DNA of 64,000 bases from an uncultured Clostridium sp. (GTDB lineage Bacteria; Bacillota; Clostridia; TANB77; CAG-508). Both the position numbers and the translations under genes were made by a program. The stretch is from NCBI GenBank assembly GCA_947061115.1, contig CAMSMU010000001.1, positions 3,361 through 67,360 on the forward strand, read 5' to 3'. Of the stretch, positions 49,087 through 59,138 are shown in pieces; the first letter of the stretch is position 1, and each line of letters begins with the position of its first letter. A model generated the notes under the pieces. It was not told where the DNA came from and did not search any database. It saw nothing but the letters and a program-made list of their open reading frames with translations.

Positions 49087-50682
49087 TTACATATTTGGTG
49101 TTAATACTATTCCTCCACTTGTGCTTACATTTACTGATATACCATTTTGAGTTGGTATTGTTGTATTTTGATCTGCTGTTATATTATCTACATTATTAGT
49201 AACTTCATTACTTAATACTTCATTTTCTGTTGCATTAGTTATAGTACCATTAACTACTGTTTGATTAGTTACATCATTAGTAATTTCATTTGTAGTAATA
49301 TTTGATGTATTATTTGTATTTAACATATTAGATGTATCATTTTCATCTTGTTCATCTAATTTATATACATTGCACACATAATCTAGGACTTCTGAGTTAA
49401 TATCATCTGGTATTATAGTATCTTCATTTGATAGTATAAATTCTATAAATATATCGTCTTCTGGTAATAATACAAAATAGCAACGTTCTATTGATGTACT
49501 ATATACTAAATCTAAATATGCATAGTAAGATCCATCTTTTAATGTAAAATTACTTGTTCCTAATTCTACAGCTGTATTTGCATCTGCTTGTGATGAAAAT
49601 TGATTATATAAAAATGTAAATAAGCTTGATCTTCCATTTGCCATTGTAATGTCAAATCCTGAATTAGCTAAGTTTTCTAGAACCTGTGCATATATTAATT
49701 TATATTTTTCATTATAAAGTGCTTTGTCTGTTTCATTTAATGTCCACATTGATGAATTATAATCAAATCCATAATCTTTGTAGAAGTTATAATATTCATA
49801 AGAAGCTTGAATATCTGCTACTTGGTTTCCTGTGTTGTTATTTGTTGCTGGTTTTTTAGCAAACATAGGCATAAGTAGTATTGCTCCTACTATTAATGCT
49901 ATAACAATTACTATTATTATTGCTAATATTACAATTGTTTTATTTCCTTTTTTCTTAGTTTTGTATGGGCTTTGGTAATTTTGTTCTTGATTTGGTTGAT
50001 TTACATTATTATTAAATCCATTTTGCATCATTGGATCTTGATATCCCATATTTCCTTGATCTTGATAGTTCATATTGTTATCAAATCCATTTTGTGCCAT
50101 TGGATCTTGATATCCCATATTTCCTTGATCTTGATAGTTCATGTTGTTATCAAATCCATTTTGTGTCATTGGATCTTGATATCCCATATTTCCTTGATCT
50201 TGATAATTCATATTGTTATCAACTACATTTTGTGCCATTGGATCTTGATATCCCATGTTTCCTTGATCTTGGTAGTTCATATTATTATCAACTACATTTT
50301 GTGCCATTGGATCTTGATATTCTACATTTCCTTGTTCTGAATAATTCATATTATTATCAATAACATTTTGTTCTGATACATCAGGTACTTCATTAACTTC
50401 CATATTATTTTGCATTTCGTTACCACCGCTTAATATTTGGTTTGTTACCACATTAGTATCAGCAGTTTCTTCTACATTACTTAAATCAAAAAGATTAAAC
50501 GCTTCTTCTGGTTCTTGTACTCCTTGATTTTGATCTGTTACTAAATTATTATTTTCCATATTTAAATCTTCATTCTGAAAATAAGGATTATAATATGGAT
50601 TTTCTTGATTCTCATTACCAGGATTTACATTATTTGCATTTTCATTATTATTTAAGTTCCCTAAATTTTTATTTTCATCCAT
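49087..50682 (-). CDS. single-pass membrane protein with N-terminal Q/N/M-rich tandem repeats
   Basis: Five ~24-aa repeats (NMNYQDQGNMGYQDPMAQNVVDN) encoded by ~72-bp tandem DNA repeats at ~50000..50360. They are followed by TM IVILAIIIVIVIALIVGAILLMPMF and an extracytoplasmic C-terminal domain. Confidence 0.55.
   Translation of the reverse strand: MDENKNLGNLNNNENANNVNPGNENQENPYYNPYFQNEDLNMENNNLVTDQNQGVQEPEEAFNLFDLSNVEETADTNVVTNQILSGGNEMQNNMEVNEVPDVSEQNVIDNNMNYSEQGNVEYQDPMAQNVVDNNMNYQDQGNMGYQDPMAQNVVDNNMNYQDQGNMGYQDPMTQNGFDNNMNYQDQGNMGYQDPMAQNGFDNNMNYQDQGNMGYQDPMMQNGFNNNVNQPNQEQNYQSPYKTKKKGNKTIVILAIIIVIVIALIVGAILLMPMFAKKPATNNNTGNQVADIQASYEYYNFYKDYGFDYNSSMWTLNETDKALYNEKYKLIYAQVLENLANSGFDITMANGRSSLFTFLYNQFSSQADANTAVELGTSNFTLKDGSYYAYLDLVYSTSIERCYFVLLPEDDIFIEFILSNEDTIIPDDINSEVLDYVCNVYKLDEQDENDTSNMLNTNNTSNITTNEITNDVTNQTVVNGTITNATENEVLSNEVTNNVDNITADQNTTIPTQNGISVNVSTSGGIVLTPNM
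49995..50360 (-). repeat. tandem ~72-bp coding repeats, 5 units
   Basis: Repeated ggatcttgatatcccatatttccttgatcttgatagttcat... units; these produce the spurious antisense ORFs. Confidence 0.7.
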
Positions 50683-50868
50683 AGTTTTTTTATTCTCCCT
50701 CCGTGAATTTTACTTTATTATAAAATAAAAAAATATTTTTTACAACATTATGGCAAAAAAATATTTAAAATTTATTAAAAAAAATTTAAATATTGATATT
50801 TCCGTTTAATTATTATATAATTGTTAACTATAAGAGGTTATTTTTCCTCAAGAAAGGAATGAAATTAA

Positions 50869-52257
50869 ATGAATTATACTTTGATTAGAGATTTATATAG
50901 AAAAACTGAAAATTATGTAAATAAATATATTTGTGTTTCTGGATGGGTAAGAACATTACGTAGTTCAAAGTCTTTTGGTTTTATTGAATTAAACGATGGA
51001 TCTTTTTTTAAAAATTTACAAATTGTTTTTGATGATTCATTAAATAATTTTGAAGAAATTACTAAACTATCTATTAGTTCTTCTTTAATTATTGAAGGAA
51101 CTCTTGTAAAAACTGAAAATGCTAAGCAACCTTTTGAAATTCATGCTAAAAGTATTAAAATATGCAATTTAGCTGATACATCTTATCCTATTCAAAAAAA
51201 GAATACATCTTTTGAGTTTTTAAGAACTCAAGCTCATTTACGTGCAAGAACAAATACTTTTAATGCTGTTTTTAGAGTTCGTAGTTTATTATCTTATGCA
51301 ATACATAAATTTTTTCAAGAAAAGGGATTTGTATATGTACATGCTCCTATTATAACTGGTAGTGATTGCGAAGGCGCTGGTGAAATGTTTCAAGTTTCTT
51401 CTTTTGATTTTGAAAATATACCACTTGAAAATGGAAAAGTAGATTTTTCTAAAGACTTTTTTGGAAAAAATTCTCACTTAACTGTTAGTGGTCAGTTAGA
51501 GGCTGAAACTTATGCATTAGCATTTAGAAATGTTTATACTTTTGGTCCTACTTTTAGAGCTGAGAATTCTAACACTGTAAAGCATGCTGCTGAATTTTGG
51601 ATGATAGAACCTGAAATTTGTTTTGCTAATTTAGTAGATGATATGAATTTAGCAGAAGACATGGTTAAATATGCTATTTCATATGTATTAGAAAATGCAC
51701 CTGAAGAAATTGAATTTTTCAATAAATTTATAGATCAAGGTTTATTAGATAAATTAAATATAACTGTTAAAGAACCTTTTGCTAGAGTTACTTATACTGA
51801 TGCAATTAAAGAACTAGAAAAATACAATGATGAATTTGAATATAAAGTATCTTGGGGTGTAGATATTCAAACAGAACATGAAAGGTATTTAAGCGAAAAA
51901 ATATTTAAAAAACCTGTTTTTGTTACTGATTATCCAAAAGACATAAAAGCTTTTTATATGAAACAAAATGATGATGAAAAAACTGTTGCCGCTACTGATT
52001 TACTTGTACCAGGTATTGGAGAGCTTATTGGTGGAAGTCAAAGAGAAGAAGATATTGATAAACTAAAAGCTAGAATGAAAGAATTAAATCTTGATGAAAA
52101 AGATTATTGGTGGTATTTGGATCTTCGTAAATATGGTAGTTGTGAACACTCTGGATTTGGATTAGGTTTTGAAAGATTAATGATGTATGTTACTGGTATT
52201 CAAAACATACGTGATGTTATACCTTATCCACGTACACCTAAAAATTGTGAATTTTAA
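50869..52257 (+). CDS. asnS: asparagine--tRNA ligase
   Basis: Class II aaRS motifs ([30 protein letters not shown]); N-terminal OB anticodon-binding domain; 462 aa. Confidence 0.9.
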   Translation: MNYTLIRDLYRKTENYVNKYICVSGWVRTLRSSKSFGFIELNDGSFFKNLQIVFDDSLNNFEEITKLSISSSLIIEGTLVKTENAKQPFEIHAKSIKICNLADTSYPIQKKNTSFEFLRTQAHLRARTNTFNAVFRVRSLLSYAIHKFFQEKGFVYVHAPIITGSDCEGAGEMFQVSSFDFENIPLENGKVDFSKDFFGKNSHLTVSGQLEAETYALAFRNVYTFGPTFRAENSNTVKHAAEFWMIEPEICFANLVDDMNLAEDMVKYAISYVLENAPEEIEFFNKFIDQGLLDKLNITVKEPFARVTYTDAIKELEKYNDEFEYKVSWGVDIQTEHERYLSEKIFKKPVFVTDYPKDIKAFYMKQNDDEKTVAATDLLVPGIGELIGGSQREEDIDKLKARMKELNLDEKDYWWYLDLRKYGSCEHSGFGLGFERLMMYVTGIQNIRDVIPYPRTPKNCEF

Positions 52258-52282
52258 AAAGAGGCATAGCCTCTTTTTTACT
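52255..52282. terminator. bidirectional terminator shared by asnS and spoIVB
   Basis: AGAGGCATAGCCTCT flanked by T-runs on both strands. Confidence 0.7.
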
Positions 52283-53315
52283 CCATCATCATGTCTGCAA
52301 ATATTGCGTATCCTTCTGTTGGTGAATTTAATAATACATTTGTTATTGCACCTATAAATTTATTATTTTGTATTATTGGTGTACCACTCATTCCTGGTAT
52401 TATTCCGCCTGTTTTATTAATCAAATTTTCGTCTGTTATTTCTATTAACATACTTTTATTATCTTTTGAATTTTTATATATTTTCTTTATTTTTATATTA
52501 AATTCTTCTACTTTTTCATTCTCTACTTGACAATATATTTTTGCATCTCCTGTTTTTATTTCATTTCTGTTTGCTACTGGCACTTCTGGTAATTTAATAG
52601 AGCTTATAAATTCTAAGTTAGTTACTTTTCCATAAATTCCTATCTGCGAATTTCTTTCTATCTCCCCTATTTTTTGTCCATCATCTATTGTTCCTCTTAT
52701 TTCTCCTGCTCTTCCTTTAACACCTTTTACAATTGATACAATTTGCGTTGTTACTAATTCTCCATTTGATATATTTAGTAAATTTCCTGTATCTATATCT
52801 GTTATTCCATGTCCTAAAGTTGCAAATTTTCCTGTAGCCTGTTCATAATATGTTAATGTGCCTATTCCTGCTGCTGCATCTCTTACCCACAGACCTAACA
52901 TATATGTTCCTTCTCCTACTTTAACTGGTGTTATTTGTGTATATATTGTCTCTCCATATCTTTCATATTTTACAGGGATTTCTTTTCCTTTACTATTATT
53001 TACTTTATTTATTAAAGATTCTGTATTGCTAATTTCTTCTCCATTTATTTCTTTTATCGTATCTCCTTCTTTTATTCCAGAATTCTTATATGGTACATAT
53101 TTTTTTCCATCTTCATCTTCTACTTCTGACATTCCAACTACTAGAACACCATTAGTGTATAGTTTTAGTCCTATTGTTCTACCTATTGGATTTACATATC
53201 TATCAGTTTTAGCATTTACAGTTTGAAAATATTTATCGCTTTGTATACTTAATAAATTCATATATAAAAATAAACACACTATTATTAAACTTATAGGTAA
53301 AATTTTTTTCTTCAT
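52278..53315 (-). CDS. spoIVB: stage IV sporulation protein B (S55 peptidase with PDZ domain)
   Basis: Signal anchor, PDZ domain (GDTIKEINGEEI), and S55 peptidase region with GTLTYY..GHGITD and IPGMSGTP (catalytic Ser). Confidence 0.8.
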   Translation of the reverse strand: MKKKILPISLIIVCLFLYMNLLSIQSDKYFQTVNAKTDRYVNPIGRTIGLKLYTNGVLVVGMSEVEDEDGKKYVPYKNSGIKEGDTIKEINGEEISNTESLINKVNNSKGKEIPVKYERYGETIYTQITPVKVGEGTYMLGLWVRDAAAGIGTLTYYEQATGKFATLGHGITDIDTGNLLNISNGELVTTQIVSIVKGVKGRAGEIRGTIDDGQKIGEIERNSQIGIYGKVTNLEFISSIKLPEVPVANRNEIKTGDAKIYCQVENEKVEEFNIKIKKIYKNSKDNKSMLIEITDENLINKTGGIIPGMSGTPIIQNNKFIGAITNVLLNSPTEGYAIFADMMME

Positions 53316-53408
53316 ATTGTTTCCTTTCAGATTTTATATAATATAAATTTAAAACTTCCTCAAAAAAAATGATTACTCTATTAGAATAACCATTTTTATT
53401 TTATTTAT

Positions 53409-55271
53409 TTAATAATTTTCAAAATAAGCATTTACCTTATATAAATTATATTTTTCTCTTGCAAGTGCTGTTATATATGCTTCTCGTACTTTAGCATTTG
53501 CAGTTTTACCTGCTTTTGTAGTTTCTATGTCATTTATGTTAGAAAATTGCGTTCCTTTGATAAGATTGTCTGAAGTGTATAATACGTCTTCTTTTCCTAT
53601 AATACATTCATATGCACCAGATCCAGAATGTGGATAATAATATAACATGTTTGTTTCTATACTATAATCTGGTTTTGTTATGTCATATGTTACTATTTGT
53701 TGCTCATAATCTATATTGCTATATCCCATTAAATTGTCTAAATTTTCATCATTTAATTTTTCGCATTTTGGATTATGATAATTTCTAGTTACATCTATAT
53801 CTCTGTTTCCTGTTTCTCTCTCTGCTAATATTATTGAGTCTCTTGAAATAAATTCTTTATTTTTACTATTTACTACTATTGAATAATTACTATAGTATTT
53901 ATAATTTCCTATAGGAAGTCCCTGCATAAATGTTACTATTGTTATATTGTTTGTTATTTTATACCAATCGTCTTCTGTCATTACTGGCAAAGCGAATTCG
54001 TATCCAGCATTTTGATGTATATTAAAGTTTGATATAATACTCATTAAATTTGATTCAATTGAGCTAATTATTACATCCATTCTGTGCTCGTTAAATACTG
54101 AATCTTCTGCTTCTGGATCATTTGATTCACTTATTTTAAATATATCATTTACATTATAAGCTGTACGAGCATGAATTGGTATAGTTTCTCCATTTGCAGT
54201 TTTTGTATAATTAAGTTGATTATTATAACTTTCTGTTTGTATTGTTAAGTTTTGTCCATTAAATATATTTATTACATATTCTGAAAATTCTTTTGATTCT
54301 TTATAATATTTAAATGCACTTCTATCTAAATAGTTATCTACAGTTATTTCATTATATGAGTTAAAGCCTAAAAATTGTGCAAAACTTTGTGCTTCATTTT
54401 CATTTAAATATACTCGCAAATTATTATTCATTCTAAATAATCGTATTCCATTATAAGAACTTAAACTTTCTAAATACGTATTTGAATTTGTTGTGTCTAA
54501 GTAATATTTTTGATTATTATAATATACATAATTGTAATATGCTACATCAGTTGATGCAAATGTTGTTCCCCTTGAAAGTTTTACTGTATCTATTGCTTCT
54601 ATGTATTCTCCCAATTTTTCTGGTTTTATCGTTACTCCATGTGATTGCAAAGTTCCTTGTGATTCATTAATATTTGTTACTGTGGCAGGATTTATAAAAT
54701 AACCTGATCTATTTACTATATTACCATTATTATCTTTTCCCATTATTGTTATATAGTTATCTAAAGTATAGTTTACTATTATATCAAAAGATGCCCCTCC
54801 TTTATATTCACATGAATAATATATATATGGCTTTATTGCATTACTTGTTTCTAGTTGATTTGAATTTTGTGTAGAATATACTTGTGTTCCTTCCTCTATT
54901 GATACTATATTTTGGTAATCTCCATATAAATAGTAACCATCATACATAGTAAATAACAGTGCTGGTATATATCCATTTAGATCTTGAATATTATAACCTG
55001 AAGATCCGAATGCAGTTGCTAAACTATTATAAAATGAATTTACTGCTGCAGATATATCTCTTATTTTTGAATCATTTATTGTTGAATAGGCATTACTTAA
55101 TGTATTCATTTGAAAAGCCTCAACAGCATCATTTGTAGAACTAAGTAAAATAGAATCATACTCAGATTGCTTTTTTTCTACTTGTATATTATTATTAACA
55201 TATTGTGATACTACTATAGAAATAGGTAATACTATAATTATAAATACTACTGCTAAATGCTGTATTTTCAT
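53409..55271 (-). CDS. large extracytoplasmic protein with N-terminal TM anchor; first gene-product downstream in the Tad-like locus
   Basis: 620 aa, N-terminal LAVVFIIIVLPISIVV, Asn/Tyr/Ser-rich ectodomain. Confidence 0.4.
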   Translation of the reverse strand: MKIQHLAVVFIIIVLPISIVVSQYVNNNIQVEKKQSEYDSILLSSTNDAVEAFQMNTLSNAYSTINDSKIRDISAAVNSFYNSLATAFGSSGYNIQDLNGYIPALLFTMYDGYYLYGDYQNIVSIEEGTQVYSTQNSNQLETSNAIKPYIYYSCEYKGGASFDIIVNYTLDNYITIMGKDNNGNIVNRSGYFINPATVTNINESQGTLQSHGVTIKPEKLGEYIEAIDTVKLSRGTTFASTDVAYYNYVYYNNQKYYLDTTNSNTYLESLSSYNGIRLFRMNNNLRVYLNENEAQSFAQFLGFNSYNEITVDNYLDRSAFKYYKESKEFSEYVINIFNGQNLTIQTESYNNQLNYTKTANGETIPIHARTAYNVNDIFKISESNDPEAEDSVFNEHRMDVIISSIESNLMSIISNFNIHQNAGYEFALPVMTEDDWYKITNNITIVTFMQGLPIGNYKYYSNYSIVVNSKNKEFISRDSIILAERETGNRDIDVTRNYHNPKCEKLNDENLDNLMGYSNIDYEQQIVTYDITKPDYSIETNMLYYYPHSGSGAYECIIGKEDVLYTSDNLIKGTQFSNINDIETTKAGKTANAKVREAYITALAREKYNLYKVNAYFENY

Positions 55272-55515
55272 TTGCTTTCCTTTCTTATTGTATTTTTTAT
55301 TATTCTAAATTATAAATATATATTTTTAAGGGCAAATTAAGGTGGGGACCAACAAGTTAAAAAGTATTAATTAAATTGTAGCCCTAGCGTTAAGCAATTT
55401 AATTTAGACTTTTTTATGTAGTTGGGGTGAGCCCTGAAAATATATATTTATAATTTAGAATACAAATAAAATAAACTTTAAAAATGGGAATAGATCTTTA
55501 TCTACTCCCTTTAAT

Positions 55516-56040
55516 TTATTTTCCGTTTACATTTACAAATCCGCTAGATCGTGCTGTTACAGTAGATGAATTGTTTCCTGTTACACGATAGATAAAATCT
55601 TTTAATATTGTAGATATTGTTCTATTTTGGTTTTTAACACTTACAGATACAAGATCTCCACGTTTTAAATACATTTCTCCATTATCTGAATTTACCTCAT
55701 CTAATATTTGTGATGTAAATTTACTATAATAATAGTTTTCTCCTACTTTTGTATATTCTGCTTCTGTTACTTTCTTTCCTGGATTATCATCTAGTACTTG
55801 CACTTCCATATCTACATCAAAGCTATTTCCTGTAGAACTTATTGTTTGTACAAAACTATCATAATTATCTTGTGTAATTTTTCCTGTAGATCTAATTCCA
55901 TCAACAAAGTCTGTTGTTGCAGCTTCTACTGCTTGTTTTGAAATACTGTCTACATTATCTGCTGTTGACATTAGTGGAAAAATGAACATTAGTATAGCTG
56001 CTAAAAATATTGCTACTACTGTTACTACTGTATCACTCAT
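55516..56040 (-). CDS. N-terminally anchored small protein (candidate minor pilin-like or accessory protein)
   Basis: MSDTVVTVVAIFLAAILMFIFPL at the extreme N-terminus, then a Ser/Thr-rich domain. Confidence 0.35.
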   Translation of the reverse strand: MSDTVVTVVAIFLAAILMFIFPLMSTADNVDSISKQAVEAATTDFVDGIRSTGKITQDNYDSFVQTISSTGNSFDVDMEVQVLDDNPGKKVTEAEYTKVGENYYYSKFTSQILDEVNSDNGEMYLKRGDLVSVSVKNQNRTISTILKDFIYRVTGNNSSTVTARSSGFVNVNGK

Positions 56041-56051
56041 ATCTGCCTCCT

Positions 56052-56882
56052 TTAATTAACTATATAAATATATTGTATTACTCTTTTTGTAGTTCCTGAT
56101 TTCTTATTTACTATTTCTCCATTTTCTAGTATATCTACTGATGATACTATATTTGATGCAATATCTGTATCTTCGTCAGTATAATCTTTTGTTACTACAT
56201 TATTGTAATTGTATTCCCCATATCTTTCTACGAATTGATATTTTTTTCCAACTAAACCTTTAAATCCATATTCATTAAATCTAATTGTATAGTATGGTCC
56301 ATATGTAGTGTCCTTTTGATATGTCCTTGAATCATAAGGACTTTTTACCCTTGATGTATAATATCTATTTGTTTGTATTCCATTTATAAAGGATTTTATA
56401 AAATCATAGTCTGTATCTTGTGTTGCATTCCATGGTTCATTTCTTGCTTGTTCATCTTGTTTATCAAAACCAAATACTGCTCGTCCTCCACCTTCGCTTT
56501 TAATTAATAAAGATGATTTTCTTAAATAGTTATCTGGTGTTTCAGTATAATATATTGTCATTGGCTCTATATTATTAAATTGGCCATTTGTATTATTATA
56601 CCCTGTACCTCTATAAAACACTACTGTGTAATCTTCTTTATAATATCTATATAAAGTAGGTATTACTGTTTCAACTCCTACTATTCTACTTGATGATTTC
56701 CAAGCACTTGATTCTGTTTCATCTAATGTTAATCTGTCATAGTATTCTCTTTCATCTGAATCAGCCAATATTTTAGAAGATGTTTGCATTACTTTTGAAA
56801 ATGAAAACATCGCTATAGATAATGCTGATACAAATACTAATATTGCAAAAGCCATTTTTATGGCATGTGACGCATTTTCCAT
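56052..56882 (-). CDS. MENAS-family protein 4 (MENASHAIKMAFAILVFVSALSIAMF...)
   Basis: Shares its first ~20 nt (ATGGAAAATGCGTCACATGC) and the N-terminal helix layout with the three upstream paralogs; 276 aa. Confidence 0.5.
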   Translation of the reverse strand: MENASHAIKMAFAILVFVSALSIAMFSFSKVMQTSSKILADSDEREYYDRLTLDETESSAWKSSSRIVGVETVIPTLYRYYKEDYTVVFYRGTGYNNTNGQFNNIEPMTIYYTETPDNYLRKSSLLIKSEGGGRAVFGFDKQDEQARNEPWNATQDTDYDFIKSFINGIQTNRYYTSRVKSPYDSRTYQKDTTYGPYYTIRFNEYGFKGLVGKKYQFVERYGEYNYNNVVTKDYTDEDTDIASNIVSSVDILENGEIVNKKSGTTKRVIQYIYIVN

Positions 56883-56910
56883 TTATTTATCACAACCTTT
56901 TATAATGGTA

Positions 56911-57384
56911 TTAAGAACCACTACCTGATGTAGATCCTGGTTTATTTTGGTTTACTTGTATTACTATTGTTTTTATATATCCATTTGCCCAATAAGTAGA
57001 GTTGTCATTATCGACATCACTATAAGCATCTCCCTCTGCTAATTTTACTGTATAAGTTCTTCCTGTCTTTATACTAGAAGAAGTTACTGCATTATTACTT
57101 TCATCAATTGTATAAATTTTATTTCCTATGACTTCATCATTAGCACCTGCTGCATTATTATTAGCTGTTACTTTACTTAATAATGCTTTTACATTACTTC
57201 CTGAAACTGAACCTCCAAAATATGCTTCAAATGGTGAGTTATGCATTGTTATTTCTTGTTCACTTAAACCTGCTCCTGATGCTATACCTGATACATTATT
57301 ATAAATTATAACCCCTAATCCTACTATTAAAATTGAAATTAAGATTGACCCTGCAATTATTAATGCTTTTGATGCATTCTCCAT
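56911..57384 (-). CDS. MENAS-family protein 3 (MENASKALIIAGSILISILIVGLGVIIY...)
   Basis: Perfect RBS AAAGGAGGAAATTTTT ATG; 157 aa; N-terminal hydrophobic helix then a Ser/Gly/Asn-rich domain. Confidence 0.55.
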   Translation of the reverse strand: MENASKALIIAGSILISILIVGLGVIIYNNVSGIASGAGLSEQEITMHNSPFEAYFGGSVSGSNVKALLSKVTANNNAAGANDEVIGNKIYTIDESNNAVTSSSIKTGRTYTVKLAEGDAYSDVDNDNSTYWANGYIKTIVIQVNQNKPGSTSGSGS

Positions 57385-57448
57385 AAAAATTTCCTCCTTT
57401 GATTATATGTTTTATTATTTCAAGCCATAATTGACTAAATTAATAACT

Positions 57449-57928
57449 TTATATTTGTTCAAAATACAGATAACTAACAAAATTTGTTTTTGTATGATAC
57501 TCTATATTTGTACATTTAAATTTTATATTGGAATATAAACTTATAAACTTTTCTATTCCATTTTTTGATATTTGCTCTATTTTAAATATTTTATCACTTT
57601 CAGTGAATTTTATTTCTATAATTATAGAGTTTGTCCCATTATTTAAATAATATCCATTTTCATCTTTAATTATATCATTTTTGTAATTTTTATCTAATGT
57701 TTTGTTTATTATTGTAGATAAACTATTTCCTGATATTTCTTTATTATAAAGATCTACGTATTCTTTATTATTTTCATTAATTTGTCTATTATTATTTAAA
57801 TAATTAATATATAAATATGATATACTACTTATTGCTAAAATAGTCAAAATTATAAATATAATGTATATATAATGTTTTTTCATATTTTTCCTCTTTTGCA
57901 TTATAACATTAGTAAAAAAATTATGCAA
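57449..57928 (-). CDS. N-terminally anchored hypothetical protein in the Tad-like locus
   Basis: Basic N-terminus then YIYIIFIILTILAISSISYLYI, a TM helix. Confidence 0.4.
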   Translation of the reverse strand: MHNFFTNVIMQKRKNMKKHYIYIIFIILTILAISSISYLYINYLNNNRQINENNKEYVDLYNKEISGNSLSTIINKTLDKNYKNDIIKDENGYYLNNGTNSIIIEIKFTESDKIFKIEQISKNGIEKFISLYSNIKFKCTNIEYHTKTNFVSYLYFEQI

Positions 57929-57972
57929 TGTTTTTTCAAAAAAATTATATAATTTGTATAGCTATATTAACA

Positions 57973-58533
57973 TTATTTTATATCCCATATAATATTTTTT
58001 GCTTCTAACAATGCATTTGAAAATTCTTGTGCGTTTGCTCCTTTTATTTCATGAAAATTTATTTTATTTACTAACTGAGTATTAAAATTATATAGTATGT
58101 CTTCATCTGTAGTAATTGCTGTAAGCTTTAAATTCTCTCCATCTTTAATTATTTTTACATTTTTTAAATTACAATAATAATAAGTATTATTTTTATTTTC
58201 TTCTAAATATTCATTTATATTAGTATTTAATACACTATTTCCATCTATACAAACATCAATATAAAATTCATCATTTTGGCTTACATTATATTCTTCATTT
58301 CTTTGTTTTGCAAAATTTATAATAGTAGCTATTTCTTGACTACTAATATTAGCTCTGCCTTCATAATTAGTAAATTTTACATTAAATTGCACTATTTGTG
58401 CTTCTTCCATTTTTATATTTAAGTTTCTCGAGAAAGTTCCGAATTGTATAATTATATAACTTGCTAATGAAATTATAAGCACACCAATTAAAATTTCTCC
58501 AGCAATTATTAGTGCTTTTGATGCATTTTCCAT
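57973..58533 (-). CDS. MENAS-family protein 2 (MENASKALIIAGEILIGVLIISLASYII...)
   Basis: RBS AGGAGGAGG; 186 aa. Confidence 0.55.
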   Translation of the reverse strand: MENASKALIIAGEILIGVLIISLASYIIIQFGTFSRNLNIKMEEAQIVQFNVKFTNYEGRANISSQEIATIINFAKQRNEEYNVSQNDEFYIDVCIDGNSVLNTNINEYLEENKNNTYYYCNLKNVKIIKDGENLKLTAITTDEDILYNFNTQLVNKINFHEIKGANAQEFSNALLEAKNIIWDIK

Positions 58534-58554
58534 TAGCTTTCCTCCTCCTATTTT

Positions 58555-59091
58555 TTATGTTGATTCCTTTACTTTTACTTGCTTAAATACCATTCTTATT
58601 ACTCTTCCTAAGCCACCTGTTCCTAATACCTGATCATTATCGTAAAATATATCTGTGCATTCAAAATAAAATTGTTTAAATTGATTTTTTTGATTAGCAT
58701 TTAATTTATCATAAATATTAGTTACATATTTTCTCATATCATAATATTTAGTTCCTGATATTAATTCATTATTTGTAGCACCTGGAAGATCAACATTTTT
58801 ACTCATTATTGCTCTTATCTCTATTGGTCTGTATCCCTCTTCTTCTGTATATCTTGTACTAACATCTATTGCTAAATTAGCAAGAGATATCATCTGATAT
58901 CCCCTTACCGTTTTCTTATTGTAGGCTTCAAATTGTTTATTAAATTCTACTATTTGCTCTCTTTCTTCAGCTTCGGCTTCTACTTGCTTATATGATCTTA
59001 TATTAGAATAACCCCATGTAATAAGTCCTATAATCATCATAGCAATCATCATTCCGCCTGCAATTATTAATGCTTTTGATGCATTTTCCAT
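58555..59091 (-). CDS. MENAS-family protein 1 (start at the second Met: MENASKALIIAGGMMIAMMIIGLITWGY...)
   Basis: RBS GGAGGG lies 5 nt before ATGGAAAATGCATCAAAAGCATTAATAATTGCAGG. The ORF tracker's extra MEGK has no RBS. Confidence 0.55.
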   Translation of the reverse strand: MENASKALIIAGGMMIAMMIIGLITWGYSNIRSYKQVEAEAEEREQIVEFNKQFEAYNKKTVRGYQMISLANLAIDVSTRYTEEEGYRPIEIRAIMSKNVDLPGATNNELISGTKYYDMRKYVTNIYDKLNANQKNQFKQFYFECTDIFYDNDQVLGTGGLGRVIRMVFKQVKVKEST

Positions 59092-59138
59092 TTTTCCCTC
59101 CATTAGTTCATTCTATACATTGAACTAATATCTATTTT

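Noticed and set aside
49972-50363. Plus-strand ORFs of 122 and 110 aa with striking internal repeats
   Set aside because: They are the antisense reading of the 72-bp tandem coding repeats in the minus-strand gene 49087..50682. They have no RBS and a low-complexity His/Ile/Leu composition.
50683-50868. A T-box riboswitch upstream of asnS
   Set aside because: The leader is only ~185 nt, lacks the T-box motif and specifier-loop architecture, and has no terminator/antiterminator pair.
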